From NCBI GenBank assembly GCA_040752855.1, contig JBFMHP010000046.1:9349-73348 (forward strand): a DNA stretch of 64,000 nt, written 5' to 3'. Each line of letters opens with the position of its first letter. Position 1 is the stretch's first letter. Origin of the DNA: Pseudomonadota bacterium. Lineage in GTDB: Bacteria > Pseudomonadota > Gammaproteobacteria > RBG-16-57-12. This document shows positions 45,569 through 56,049 of this stretch, in pieces. A model generated the notes under the pieces. That model worked only from the letters and a program-made list of their open reading frames with translations, was not told where the DNA came from and did no database searches. The position numbers and the translations under genes were made by a program.

Positions 45569-46972
45569 TCAGGCGCGCGCGTTGGCCCGCAGCCAGCCCT
45601 GCCCGCGCTCGATGGCCTGTTTGACCTGGCGCGGGGCGGTGCCGCCGAGATGGTCGCGGGCGGCGATCGAGCCCTCCAGCGTCAACACGTTGAACACATC
45701 CTGTTCGATCACGCTGGAGAACTGCTGCAGCTCGGCCAGCGTCATCTCGGCCAGATCCCTGCCCTGCTCCACGCCGTAACGCACCGACTTGCCGACGATC
45801 TCGTGGGCATCGCGAAACGGGACACCCTTGCGCACCAGATAATCCGCCAGGTCGGTGGCAGTGGAGAAACCGCGCAGCGCGGCCTCGCGCATCACCGCGC
45901 GATTGACGCGCAGCGCCGGGATCATGTCGGCGAACACCTTGAGGCAGCCGCGCAGGTTGTCGATGGCGTCGAACAGCGGCTCCTTGTCTTCCTGGTTGTC
46001 CTTGTTATAGGCCAGCGGCTGGCCCTTCATCAGGGTAAGCAGGGCGACCAGGTGGCCGTTGATGCGCCCGGTCTTGCCGCGCACCAGCTCGGGCACGTCC
46101 GGATTCTTCTTCTGCGGCATGATCGAGGAGCCGGTGCAGAAGCGATCGCCGATGTCGACGAAACGAAACTGCGCCGAGGCCCACAGGATCAGCTCTTCGG
46201 AGAAGCGCGAGAGGTGCGTCATGATCAAGGCCGCGCAGGCGACGAATTCGATCGCGAAATCGCGGTCGGAGACCGCATCGAGCGAGTTCTCGCAGATCGC
46301 CTCAAAGCCCAGCTCGCGCGCGGTGAACGCGCGGTCGATCGGATAAGTGGTGCCGGCCAGTGCCGCCGCGCCGAGCGGCATGGAGTTGACGCGCTTGCGG
46401 CAGTCCTGCAGGCGCGCGAAGTCGCGCTTCAACATCTCGAAGTAGGCGAGCAGGTGATGGCCGAAGGTGACCGGCTGCGCGGTCTGCAAGTGGGTGAAGC
46501 CCGGCATGATGGTCTCGGCCTCTTGCGCGGCCAGGGTGAGCAAATTCTGCTGCAGGCGCAGCAGCTCGGCGCCGATCTGGTCGATCTCATCGCGCAGGTA
46601 CAGGCGCACATCGGTGGCCACCTGATCATTGCGCGAACGGCCGGTGTGCAGCGTCTTGCCGACATCGCCGATCTTCTGGGTCAGACGCGCCTCGATGTTC
46701 ATGTGCACGTCTTCCAGCGATACCGACCAGGCGAACTGCCCGGCCTCGATGTCGGCGAGGATCTCATCGAGCCCCTTGACGATCTTCTCGGCCTCGGCCG
46801 CGGTCAGCACGCCGACATGCGCCAGCATGCGCGCATGGGCCTTGGAGCCGGCGATGTCGTGCCGATAGAGGCGTTTGTCGAAACCCACCGAGGCGGTGAA
46901 GGCCTCGACGAAGGCATCGGTGGGTTCATTGAAACGCCCGCCCCAGGGCTTGTCGATGGATTGGTTGCTCAC
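45569..46972 (-). CDS. argH: Argininosuccinate lyase
   Basis: [27 protein letters not shown]. Confidence 0.98.
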   Translation of the reverse strand: MSNQSIDKPWGGRFNEPTDAFVEAFTASVGFDKRLYRHDIAGSKAHARMLAHVGVLTAAEAEKIVKGLDEILADIEAGQFAWSVSLEDVHMNIEARLTQKIGDVGKTLHTGRSRNDQVATDVRLYLRDEIDQIGAELLRLQQNLLTLAAQEAETIMPGFTHLQTAQPVTFGHHLLAYFEMLKRDFARLQDCRKRVNSMPLGAAALAGTTYPIDRAFTARELGFEAICENSLDAVSDRDFAIEFVACAALIMTHLSRFSEELILWASAQFRFVDIGDRFCTGSSIMPQKKNPDVPELVRGKTGRINGHLVALLTLMKGQPLAYNKDNQEDKEPLFDAIDNLRGCLKVFADMIPALRVNRAVMREAALRGFSTATDLADYLVRKGVPFRDAHEIVGKSVRYGVEQGRDLAEMTLAELQQFSSVIEQDVFNVLTLEGSIAARDHLGGTAPRQVKQAIERGQGWLRANARA

Positions 46973-47057
46973 GGTGCTGACCCTGCTATTTAAAAAAGCG
47001 CTAGTATAGGCGATAACCTATAAAAAATCCCAGGGCTCAGGAACCGCGACCACCCGC

Positions 47058-48119
47058 ATGCCAGACCAACAGCCACCGTCCACACCAGGGAGATTCTTCA
47101 TCCCCGATCTGTGCACCCTTCCGATGGTGTTCTACCTCGTCATCATCGGCGAGCTGCTGGCGTTCATCCTCACCTTGAGCCCGGTCAACCCGAGCGCCGA
47201 CCGCTGGACCACGCTCAGCCTGCTGTCGTTTTTCATTCAATGGATCGGGTTGTCGAGCGCGGGCCTGCTGTGCCTGCTGCGCGGCCAGTTGAGCCATCTT
47301 TCCGACACGCGCGCCGGCATCCTGAGTTACCTGATCCTGCTGGTCAACACCCTGATCTTCGCCGAGCTGGCCTATCAAGGCATCCTCCAATTCCGGCTGC
47401 TCGAGGGCCCCGAGCAGCTCGACCACACGATGTTCCTGCTGCGCACGGTGGCGATCGGCGCGATCATCTATGCGGTAGCCCTGCGGTATTTCTACATGCG
47501 CCATCAGTGGCGATTGCAGGTCGAGGCCGAGTCCAAGGCGCGCCTGGAGGCGCTGCAAGCCAAGATCCGGCCGCATTTCCTGTTCAACACCATGAACACC
47601 ATCGCCAGCCTGATCCGCGAAAATCCCACGCAGGCCGAAGAGGCCGTAGAGGATTTTTCCGACCTGCTGCGCATGAGCCTGCACGAGCAGGATCGGTTCA
47701 TCAGCCTCGCCGAAGAGATCACCCTCTGCGAGCACTACCTCAATATCGAGAAGCTGCGCCTGGGCACGCGCTTGAACGTGACCTGGGAGGCCGGCACGCC
47801 TGACATCAGCATCCGGGTTCCGCCGCTGCTGTTACAACCGCTGCTGGAGAACGCCATTTATCACGGCATCGAACCCGCGCCCGAAGGCGGCGCGATCCAT
47901 GTCAAAATCCAACAGCAACCGCACGCGCTGCACATCACCATCCGCAATCCGCTGCCCGACAAACAGATACTCAAGCGCGCCGGCAACCGACTCGCCATCG
48001 ACAACATCCGCCAGCGCCTCGACCTCGCCTATCAAGGCCGCGCGCGGCTCGAACTCACGCCAGAGAACGCTCACTATCGCGTCGACCTGCACCTGCCGAT
48101 CGACGGGGGCGCCCCATGA
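47058..48119 (+). CDS. algZ: AlgZ/FimS-type (LytS-like) sensor kinase
   Basis: LQAKIRPHFLFNTMN, LQPLLENAIYHG; divergent from argH. Confidence 0.88.
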   Translation: MPDQQPPSTPGRFFIPDLCTLPMVFYLVIIGELLAFILTLSPVNPSADRWTTLSLLSFFIQWIGLSSAGLLCLLRGQLSHLSDTRAGILSYLILLVNTLIFAELAYQGILQFRLLEGPEQLDHTMFLLRTVAIGAIIYAVALRYFYMRHQWRLQVEAESKARLEALQAKIRPHFLFNTMNTIASLIRENPTQAEEAVEDFSDLLRMSLHEQDRFISLAEEITLCEHYLNIEKLRLGTRLNVTWEAGTPDISIRVPPLLLQPLLENAIYHGIEPAPEGGAIHVKIQQQPHALHITIRNPLPDKQILKRAGNRLAIDNIRQRLDLAYQGRARLELTPENAHYRVDLHLPIDGGAP

Positions 48120-48850
48120 AGATTCTGATCGTCGACGACGAAGCCCTTGCGCGCAGCCGCCTGCGCCGCATGCTGGAAGAACTGGGCAACGTCGAGGTGA
48201 TCGGCGAGGCCGACAACGGCGTCGATGCGCTGACGCTGATCTGCCAGCAGCACCCGGACATCGCCTTGCTCGACATCCGCATGCCCGCCATGGGCGGCCT
48301 GGAACTGGCGCGCCACCTCACCGCCCTCGATCACCCGCCGGCCGTCATCTTCACCACCGCCTTCGACAATCACGCGCTGGCGGCCTTCGAGACCCAGGCC
48401 ATCGGCTACCTGCTCAAACCCGTGCGCAAGGAACTGCTGAAAAGCGCCCTCGACGCCGCCAGACGTCTCAACCGCGCCCAGCTCTCCGGCCTGGAAAAAA
48501 CCCACGAGACCGGCACCGCGCGCAGCCATATCAGCGCCTGTATCGGCGCCCACATCGAACTGATCGCCGTGGCCGACATCTACTACTTTCAGGCCGAACA
48601 GAAGTACACCAGCGTGCACCACAAAGGCGGCGAGACCGTGATCGAGGAGCCCTTGAAGGATCTGGAAGAGGAATTCGGCGAGCGTTTCCTGCGCATCCAC
48701 CGCAACGCCCTGGTCGCCAAGCACTACATCAGCGGCATGCACAAAGACGAGAATGGACAATACACGCTCACGCTCAACGGCTGCGACCAGCAACTCGAGG
48801 TGAGCCGGCGCATGGCCTCAAGTGTGAAGGAAGCGATCAAGAAAGGTTAG
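48116..48850 (+). CDS. algR: LytTR response regulator AlgR
   Basis: IVDDEALAR, LLDIRMP, FQAEQKY, FLRIHRNALV. Confidence 0.9.
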   Translation: MKILIVDDEALARSRLRRMLEELGNVEVIGEADNGVDALTLICQQHPDIALLDIRMPAMGGLELARHLTALDHPPAVIFTTAFDNHALAAFETQAIGYLLKPVRKELLKSALDAARRLNRAQLSGLEKTHETGTARSHISACIGAHIELIAVADIYYFQAEQKYTSVHHKGGETVIEEPLKDLEEEFGERFLRIHRNALVAKHYISGMHKDENGQYTLTLNGCDQQLEVSRRMASSVKEAIKKG

Positions 48851-48851
48851 T

Positions 48852-48880
48852 GCAGGTTGGGGTGACGCAGGACGCCCAAC
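48852..48880 (+). repeat. Degenerate REP (family B)
   Basis: GCAGGTTGGG...CCCAAC resembles the right half of 50436-50521. Confidence 0.45.
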
Positions 48881-48945
48881 ATATCTGCATGGTATGAAAA
48901 TGCTGGACTTCATACCCTCAGAACCGCGCCCATACCCCGGCGCAA

Positions 48946-50397
48946 TCACCGCCGCCAGAACGCCGGGGTCAACAGCACCAGCAACGGGAACAGTTCGAGA
49001 CGGCCGATCAGCATGGCGAAACTCAGCGCCCATTTGGCCACAGGCGTGACGTCAGCGAAATGCATGGTCACCGTGCCCAGAGCGGGACCGGCGTTGTTCA
49101 TGCAGGTGGCCACCGCCGACCAGGCGCTGACTTGATCCATGCCGGTGGCCAGCAGCACCATCATGAGTATCAGAAAGCTGCCCACGTACAGCGAGAAGAA
49201 GCCCCACACCGCCTGCGACACCCGCGGCGGTATCACCCGCTTGTTCACCATGACCGGGATCTGGGCATTGGGATGGACCAGGAGCTTGATCTCGCGCAAG
49301 CCCTGCTTGACCAGCAACACGAAACGGATGACCTTGAGCCCGCCGCCCGTGGAACCGGCGCAGCCGCCGACGAAGCTGACCATCAACACCAGCACCGGCA
49401 GAAAGGCCGGCCAATGAGCAAAGCCCTCGGTGAGGAATCCCGTGGTCGTGGCCACGGAGACGACTTGAAAGGTCGCGTTGCGCAGCGCGGTCAGCGGCTC
49501 ACCGTAGGTGCCGATGATATAGAGGTAAACAGCGCAGATCAGCGAGACACTTCCTATGACTACTAGAAAGGTGTACAGCTCGCTGTCTTGATACGGGCGC
49601 AGGCTGAGGCTGCGCCACGCCAGGAAATGCAGGGCGAAGTTGAAGCCGCAGAGCACCATGAAAAATATCGCGATGCACTCCAGCACCGGGCTGTCGAAGT
49701 ACGCGAAGCTGGCGTCGTGCCCGGAGAACCCCCCCAGCGAGACCGTCGTATAACTGTGGGTAAGGGCATCGAAGGCGCTCATCCCCGCCATGAAATAAGC
49801 GATGGCGCAGGCAACGGTGATCCCCAAATAGACATACCACAAGCTCTTCGCCGTCTCGGTGATGCGAGGCGTGAGCTTATCGTCCTTCATCGGCCCCGGC
49901 GTTTCGGCGCGAAACAGCTGCATGCCGCCCACGCCCAACATCGGCAGCACCGCCACCGCCAGCACGATGATACCCATGCCACCCAGCCATTGCAGTTGCG
50001 CGCGGTGATAAATGATGGAGCGCGGCAGGGTGTCCAGGCCCGAGGCGATGATGGTCGCACCGGTCGTAGTAAACCCCGACACCGATTCGAACACCGCATC
50101 GGTAAAACTCAGATGCGGACGCTCAGCCAGCATAAACGGCAGCGCGCCGTACAAACTCAGCACCGTCCAAAACGCAGCCACGATCACAAACCCATCGCGC
50201 AGCCGTAATTCACGCCGCACCTTGCGCACCGGCAGCCAGAACAGCAGCCCTGTGCCAAGGGTGATGAGAAAGGACATGATAAAGGTCTGCGCGGTACCGT
50301 CGGCATACAGCCACGACACCATGAGCGGCGGCAGCATGCTCAGACTGAACACCGCGATCAGCAAACCGAGGATGTGTTGAATAGCGACGAATTGCAT
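48946..50397 (-). CDS. trkH: Trk potassium uptake permease
   Basis: ESVSGFTTTGAT, QWLGGMG, GGCAGSTGGG, GRLELF. Confidence 0.96.
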   Translation of the reverse strand: MQFVAIQHILGLLIAVFSLSMLPPLMVSWLYADGTAQTFIMSFLITLGTGLLFWLPVRKVRRELRLRDGFVIVAAFWTVLSLYGALPFMLAERPHLSFTDAVFESVSGFTTTGATIIASGLDTLPRSIIYHRAQLQWLGGMGIIVLAVAVLPMLGVGGMQLFRAETPGPMKDDKLTPRITETAKSLWYVYLGITVACAIAYFMAGMSAFDALTHSYTTVSLGGFSGHDASFAYFDSPVLECIAIFFMVLCGFNFALHFLAWRSLSLRPYQDSELYTFLVVIGSVSLICAVYLYIIGTYGEPLTALRNATFQVVSVATTTGFLTEGFAHWPAFLPVLVLMVSFVGGCAGSTGGGLKVIRFVLLVKQGLREIKLLVHPNAQIPVMVNKRVIPPRVSQAVWGFFSLYVGSFLILMMVLLATGMDQVSAWSAVATCMNNAGPALGTVTMHFADVTPVAKWALSFAMLIGRLELFPLLVLLTPAFWRR

Positions 50398-50435
50398 GGG
50401 CTCAGGAGCTTATACGTGTTTTTTTCTGAAGTACA

Positions 50436-50521
50436 GTAGGATGGGTGCAGCGCAGCGAAACCCATCATCCCCCAACCGCCGACCCGTCATGTTGGGTTGC
50501 ACTTCGTTCCACCCAACCTAC
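50436..50521. repeat. GTAG-family REP dimer (family B)
   Basis: GTAG-GATGGG...CCCATC facing inverted GTAG-GTTGGG...CCCAAC. Confidence 0.8.
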
Positions 50522-50532
50522 AAAAAAATCAT

Positions 50533-52548
50533 TTACGTCCCTGACTTCAACATATCCTTGAGATTTGCCAGATGGGCCTTGCCCCGCTGCTGACGTTGTT
50601 CGGGGCATTGTTCTTCGCCGCGACCTTCCCAGCTCAGATCATCCTGCGGCAGCTCCTGCAGGAAGCGGCTGGGTTCGCACTCGCTGACCTCGCCGTATTT
50701 CTTGCGCCGCACGGCGTAACTCAAGGTGAGCGTCTGCTGCGCGCGGGTGATGCCGACGTAGGCGAGGCGGCGTTCTTCTTCGATGAAGTCCTCGTCGATG
50801 CTGTTGCGGTGCGGCAGGATCTCCTCTTCCACCCCGACCAGGAACACGTGCGGAAACTCCAAGCCCTTGGCCGCGTGCAGGGTCATCAAACAAACCGCAT
50901 CGCCCGCCTCTTCCTCGTTCTGGCGGTCGAGGATGTCGATCAGGGCCAGATTGGCGATGACATCGGCGAGCGATTTCTCCTCCGAGTCCTCCATCATGCG
51001 CTGAACCCAGTCGAGCAGGTCCTGCACATTCTGCATGCGCCGCTCGGCCTGGCCGGCGTCGTTGCTGGTCTCGAGCAACCAGTCGGCGTAATTGATCTCG
51101 GCGACCAGACCTTTGACGACGGCCATGGCATCGCCGCGCCGGATGTTGTCGGCGTGCAGATTGATCCAATGGCCGAACTGGCGCAGCCGCTCCACGCGAT
51201 GGGCCGCCAGATGCTGCTCGAGCCCCAGTTCGAAGATCGCCTCGAACATGCTGATCCCGCGCGCGGTGGCGTAGGCGCCGAGCTGCTCCAGGGTACTCGG
51301 GCCGATCTCGCGGCGCGGCACGTTGATGATGCGCAGCAGGGCGTTGTCGTCATCCTGATTTACCAGCAGGCGCAGGTAGGCCATGATGTCCTTCACTTCG
51401 GTCTTGGCGAAAAACGAGGTGCCGCCGCTCAGGTAATACGGGATGCGGTGTTCGCGCAGCACGCGCTCGAACAGGCGCGATTGATGATTGCTGCGGTAGA
51501 GGATGGCGTAATCGCGGTTTTCGGTGCGATGCGTAAACTTGTGATGCAACAGCTCGGAGACCACCCGCTCGGCCTCGTGTTCTTCGTTGCGACAATGCAG
51601 CACGCGGATCGGATCGCCGTAACCCTTGTCACTCCACAGGGTCTTTTCGAATACGTGCGGATTATTGCCGATGACCTGATTGGCCGCCTTGAGGATGCGC
51701 CCCATGGAGCGGTAGTTCTGCTCCAGCTTGATCACCTTGAGGCCGGGGAAATCCTGTTGCAGCAGGGCCATGTTCTCCGGCTGCGCGCCGCGCCAGGCGT
51801 AGATCGACTGGTCGTCATCGCCGACCACGGTCATCTTGCCGCGCATGCCCACCAGCTGACGCACCAGTTGATACTGGCTGGTGTTGGTATCCTGATATTC
51901 ATCGACCAGCAGATAGCGGATCTTGTTCTGCCACTGTTCCAGGATCTCCGGGTGTTCGGCGAACAGCTTGCCCGGCAGATAGATCAGGTCATCGAAATCC
52001 ACGGCGTTATAGGCGCGCAGGTGGCGATTGTATTGTTCATACAGGGCGCTGGCGGCGACCAGATGCGCATCGCCATTGGCCTCCTGCTGGGCCTGTTCAG
52101 GATTGGTCATGGCGTTCTTCCAGCGCGAGATCTGCCATTGGATCTTCTGGATCATCTCCCCGTCGCCGCTAAAGGACTTGTGCATCAGGTCCTTGAGCAG
52201 CGCGGCGCTGTCGGAAGCATCGAAGATGGTGAAGCCGGGTTTGTAATTGAGCGCCTTGTGCTCGCGCTTGATGATGTTCAGCCCCAGGGTGTGGAAGGTC
52301 GAGACCTTGAGCCCGCGCGACTCCTTCCCCTCCAACAACCCGGAGACGCGCTCCTTCATCTCGCGCGCCGCCTTGTTGGTGAAGGTCACCGCCGCAATAT
52401 GCGTCGGGCTCAGGCCGCATTCCTGGATCAGATAGGCGATCTTCTGGGTGATCACGCGCGTCTTGCCGCTGCCGGCGCCGGCCAGCACCAAGAGGGGGCC
52501 GTCGATATAACGGACCGCTTCGAGTTGACGGGGATTCAATCCAGACAT
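50533..52548 (-). CDS. rep: ATP-dependent DNA helicase Rep
   Basis: LNPRQ, GAGSGKTRVI, DEYQDTN, MTLHAAKGLEF, EEERRLAYVGITRA. Confidence 0.96.
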   Translation of the reverse strand: MSGLNPRQLEAVRYIDGPLLVLAGAGSGKTRVITQKIAYLIQECGLSPTHIAAVTFTNKAAREMKERVSGLLEGKESRGLKVSTFHTLGLNIIKREHKALNYKPGFTIFDASDSAALLKDLMHKSFSGDGEMIQKIQWQISRWKNAMTNPEQAQQEANGDAHLVAASALYEQYNRHLRAYNAVDFDDLIYLPGKLFAEHPEILEQWQNKIRYLLVDEYQDTNTSQYQLVRQLVGMRGKMTVVGDDDQSIYAWRGAQPENMALLQQDFPGLKVIKLEQNYRSMGRILKAANQVIGNNPHVFEKTLWSDKGYGDPIRVLHCRNEEHEAERVVSELLHHKFTHRTENRDYAILYRSNHQSRLFERVLREHRIPYYLSGGTSFFAKTEVKDIMAYLRLLVNQDDDNALLRIINVPRREIGPSTLEQLGAYATARGISMFEAIFELGLEQHLAAHRVERLRQFGHWINLHADNIRRGDAMAVVKGLVAEINYADWLLETSNDAGQAERRMQNVQDLLDWVQRMMEDSEEKSLADVIANLALIDILDRQNEEEAGDAVCLMTLHAAKGLEFPHVFLVGVEEEILPHRNSIDEDFIEEERRLAYVGITRAQQTLTLSYAVRRKKYGEVSECEPSRFLQELPQDDLSWEGRGEEQCPEQRQQRGKAHLANLKDMLKSGT

Positions 52549-52679
52549 GCCAGGCCTTCTCACTTCAAGGCCGGTCATTATAACTTGGCCGCCCGGCGTG
52601 AGCACCGCCAATTTTACGCCCGCCACCGGGTCGAGACTCCCCGGGCAGACCCAAAACAGGCGATTGATTATGAAAGAAT

Positions 52680-53054
52680 TTATTCGTTATTCAGCGCCAG
52701 GATGAAATCGACCATCTGCTCAATCTCGTTATCCTGCACCTTGCCGTCGCTGCCGGGCATGGGCAGTTCGCCCCAGGCATCGCTGCTGCCGTATTTCACG
52801 CTGTCGATCAATTTGGCCTTCGCGTGCCTGTCATCATGATAGCGGACGGCCACGTCGGTCCAAGCCGGCCCGGCGGCGCTGGAATCGATACCATGACACT
52901 CGAAACAACCGCTGGTCTTGGCCAGGCTCAGGACCATGGCCTTCTTAACCAGGGGATCTTCCTCGGGCGCGGCCATGTTCGACGAGGTGTTCGAGCAGGC
53001 GCTCAGGGTGACTGCGAAGGGCAAGGCGGTGACCAACAGGGTTCGGGTATCCAT
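52680..53054 (-). CDS. Monoheme c551/c552-type cytochrome, predicted lipoprotein
   Basis: LSAC lipobox, CFECH, GPAW.DVA, WGELPMP (distal Met). Confidence 0.85.
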   Translation of the reverse strand: MDTRTLLVTALPFAVTLSACSNTSSNMAAPEEDPLVKKAMVLSLAKTSGCFECHGIDSSAAGPAWTDVAVRYHDDRHAKAKLIDSVKYGSSDAWGELPMPGSDGKVQDNEIEQMVDFILALNNE

Positions 53055-53160
53055 ATCGTGCTCCTTAATTGAGTAATCTTTTAATCGGGCACTGCTGATA
53101 CAACCTACTGGATAAGTATAGATTAGGAACTCCGGCACAAGTTCCTGCGCCATAAATAGC

Positions 53161-53200
53161 AAAAAAAATGGCGCATTACCCTGTTCGGGCACGCGCCATT
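53161..53200 (-). terminator. Intrinsic terminator after the dienelactone hydrolase gene
   Basis: AATGGCGC/GCGCCATT stem followed by a T run on the minus strand. Confidence 0.6.
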
Positions 53201-53224
53201 CCTCAGAACGATCCGCGGAATCGA

Positions 53225-54016
53225 TTACTTGGCGAAGGCCTCCGCGAACAGCTTTTTCATCCCATCCCACGATTGCTTGTCGGCCGCTTCGTTGTACTCC
53301 AGCGGGAGGTTGAACTTTTTGCCGTACTCCGTCGCCTCGGGATTGGTGAATGAATGCTTGGCGCCGGCCAGTGAGACGAACTGATAGTCCACCTTGGCAT
53401 TATTCATTTCCTTCTTGAAGGCCTCGATCGACTCCGCGGATACAAACGGATCATCGGCGCCGTTCATCACCAGCACCTTCGCCTTGACCTTGCCCGGTTC
53501 AGCGGGAAGCGAGGTGCCCAGGCTGCCGTGAAAGCTTGCCACCGCATCCAAGTCGACGCCGGCGCGCGCCATCTGCAACACCACCGCGCCGCCAAAGCAG
53601 TAACCGATGGCCGCGATCTTGTTTTTGTCCACCGTCTTCTGGCCTTGCAGCAGCTGCATCGCCGCCATGAAGCGGCTCATGCCCAGATCGAGATTCTTCG
53701 CGATCTCCGAGGAAAACTTCCCGGCGTCCTCCGGGTGTGCCGCCTGCTTGCCGTTACCGTACATATCCACGGCCAGCGCTGTATAGCCGAGCTCCGCGAG
53801 CATGCGCGCCCGCTTGCGGGCATATTCATTGTGGCCCCACCACTCGTGCACCACCAGCACCCCGGGGCGCTTGCCCTTCTTGGCATCGTCATAGGCGAGA
53901 TAGCCCTTCATCACGGTATCACCGGCCTTGTATTCCACCTCTTCGCCTTTGACGGCGGCCTGCGCCAGCGGCAGATAAATCAACAAAGCCAGCGCCGAAA
54001 TCCATACTCTCTTCAT
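53225..54016 (-). CDS. Exported dienelactone hydrolase family protein
   Basis: Signal peptide, VHEWWG, IGYCFGG, AKHSF. Confidence 0.92.
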   Translation of the reverse strand: MKRVWISALALLIYLPLAQAAVKGEEVEYKAGDTVMKGYLAYDDAKKGKRPGVLVVHEWWGHNEYARKRARMLAELGYTALAVDMYGNGKQAAHPEDAGKFSSEIAKNLDLGMSRFMAAMQLLQGQKTVDKNKIAAIGYCFGGAVVLQMARAGVDLDAVASFHGSLGTSLPAEPGKVKAKVLVMNGADDPFVSAESIEAFKKEMNNAKVDYQFVSLAGAKHSFTNPEATEYGKKFNLPLEYNEAADKQSWDGMKKLFAEAFAK

Positions 54017-54127
54017 ACCCTCTCCTCATGTGTTTGGTGTTCTGCAATTTTGAGGTACTAGTTATACTGCATAATCCGCAGACTCGCCATGTGCGTATCA
54101 ACCACCAATCAGACACAAGGCCTCGGC

Positions 54128-55174
54128 ATGAAAGACTCCGTGAAAGATTACTACGGCAAAGTGTTACAGGGATCGAGCGATCTCAAAACCAATGCCTGCT
54201 GCACCGCAACCGCGCTGCCTGACTACATCAAGCGCGCCCTCGCCACGATCCACGACGAGGTGATGCTGCGTTACTACGGCTGCGGCCTGGTCGCGCCGCA
54301 ACAGCTCGCGGGCATGCGCATCCTGGATCTCGGATCGGGTTCGGGGCGCGATTGCTATCTGCTCGCGCAACTGGTCGGTGAAAACGGTTACGTGCTCGGC
54401 GTCGACATGACCGATGAACAACTGGCGGTGGCCAATAAACACATCGCCTATCACATGGCCGCGTTCGGCTATCGCGCGCCCAACGTCGAATTCCGCAAGG
54501 GTTACATCGAAGCACTGGATGAGCTCGGCCTGCCCGACAATCACTTCGACATCATCATCTCCAACTGCGTCATCAATCTGTCGCCGGATAAAGCTGCCGT
54601 GCTGCGCGAGGCCCACCGCCTGCTCAAGCCCGGCGGTGAGATGTACTTCTCCGATGTCTACGCCGACCGGCGCGTACCGCAGACACTGGTCAACGATCCG
54701 GTGTTGTATGGTGAATGTCTGAGCGGCGCGCTGTATTGGAACGATTTTCACCATCTCGCCAAACAGGCCGGCTTTGCCGATCCGCGCCTGGTCGAGGATC
54801 ACCCGATCACCATCGAGCACAGCGAGGTGCAGGAGAAGATCGGCCACATCCGCTTTTATTCGGCCACCTATCGCCTGTTTAAGATCGCCGACCTCGAACC
54901 GGCCTGCGAGGACTACGGCCAGGCCGTGCGCTACAAGGGCACGATCGCCCACCACCCGCGCGCCTTCGTGCTGGACAAGCATCACATCATCGACACCGGC
55001 CGCATCTTCCCGGTATGCGGCAACACCTATCGCATGTTGCACGAATCACGCTTCAAGGAGCACTTCGACTTCTTCGGCGATTGGAGCACACACTACGGCA
55101 TCTTCGCCGGGTGCGGGACGAGCGTGCCTTATGATGATGTGGTGATTGAATCCGACAGTGGCGGTTGTTGTTAG
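54128..55174 (+). CDS. arsM: ArsM/AS3MT-type SAM-dependent arsenite methyltransferase
   Basis: NACC, YYGCG, LDLGSGSGRD, SNCVINL, GECLSGA. Confidence 0.8.
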   Translation: MKDSVKDYYGKVLQGSSDLKTNACCTATALPDYIKRALATIHDEVMLRYYGCGLVAPQQLAGMRILDLGSGSGRDCYLLAQLVGENGYVLGVDMTDEQLAVANKHIAYHMAAFGYRAPNVEFRKGYIEALDELGLPDNHFDIIISNCVINLSPDKAAVLREAHRLLKPGGEMYFSDVYADRRVPQTLVNDPVLYGECLSGALYWNDFHHLAKQAGFADPRLVEDHPITIEHSEVQEKIGHIRFYSATYRLFKIADLEPACEDYGQAVRYKGTIAHHPRAFVLDKHHIIDTGRIFPVCGNTYRMLHESRFKEHFDFFGDWSTHYGIFAGCGTSVPYDDVVIESDSGGCC

Positions 55175-55180
55175 ACGCAC

Positions 55181-55320
55181 GATGCGGTTCGTGCCTCACC
55201 GCATCCTACACCCCACCCCAATCCCCCGTAGGAGCCTGCCCTGCAGGCGATTGTCGTTTGTTCTCGAGCAGGGCTCGTCCTGCAGCCTTTGGTACAGCCG
55301 ATTCCCGCAAGCTCGCCCCA
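55181..55320. repeat. Mosaic cluster of GTAG REP-like hairpins
   Basis: Minus GTAG-GATGCGG...CCGCATC at 55181-55209; plus GTAGGAGCCTGCC... from 55228. Confidence 0.6.
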
Positions 55321-55389
55321 TGCAGTCATCCCCCTAGAGAAGGTGTTTTGCAGCTAACTCTCAAATATTGACAAACGAGCCCGCTATAA

Positions 55390-55409
55390 GTAAGTATTTA
55401 ATTACTTAC
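55390..55409. promoter_or_regulatory. Putative TetR operator
   Basis: GTAAGTA-6 nt-TACTTAC palindrome just downstream of TTGACA (55368) and 22 nt before tetR. Confidence 0.6.
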
Positions 55410-55431
55410 ATACAGCAATCGAGGGCCATCC

Positions 55432-56049
55432 ATGCCGGAAACCGAACCACGCAAGCGTCTGAGCTCCGACGCGCGTCAGCGCGAGATCGTCGCCGCCGTC
55501 GTGGAGCTGGCGCAACTGCACGGGCCTGACGCGATTACCACCCAGGCCATCGCGGAGCATATCGGGCTTACCCAAGGCGCGATCTTTCGCCATTTCTCCA
55601 CCAAGGAAGCGATCTGGTTGGCAGTCTTCGCCTGGGTGCGCGAGGCGCTGGGAACCCTCCTGGACGAGGCCAGCGCCGGCCCCGCCACCCCGGTTGAGCA
55701 GCTCGAACGGATCTTTCTCGCCCACACCGCGTTCATCGCCCGCCACCCCGGGGTGCCGCGTATCCTGTTCCATGAACTGCAAACGCCCGGCGGCTCTCCG
55801 GTGCGCCAGGCGGTACGCGCCATGGTCATGGGCTATCGCCAGCGGGTGAGCGAGATACTGGCGCGCGGCAAGGCCGACGGCACATTGTGCGCAAGCCTCG
55901 ATGAGGCCAAGGCCGCCGGCTTGCTCATCGGCGCGGTGCAAGGCCTGGTGATCCAATCCGCACTGCGCGAGGACCCGGAGGTCCTGACCCGCGACGCCGA
56001 GGCGGTATTCGCCATCCTGCTCCATGGATTCAAGGGGAGATGCCCATGA
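55432..56049 (+). CDS. TetR/AcrR family regulator
   Basis: ITTQAIAEHIGLTQGAIFRHFSTK HTH. Confidence 0.93.
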   Translation: MPETEPRKRLSSDARQREIVAAVVELAQLHGPDAITTQAIAEHIGLTQGAIFRHFSTKEAIWLAVFAWVREALGTLLDEASAGPATPVEQLERIFLAHTAFIARHPGVPRILFHELQTPGGSPVRQAVRAMVMGYRQRVSEILARGKADGTLCASLDEAKAAGLLIGAVQGLVIQSALREDPEVLTRDAEAVFAILLHGFKGRCP

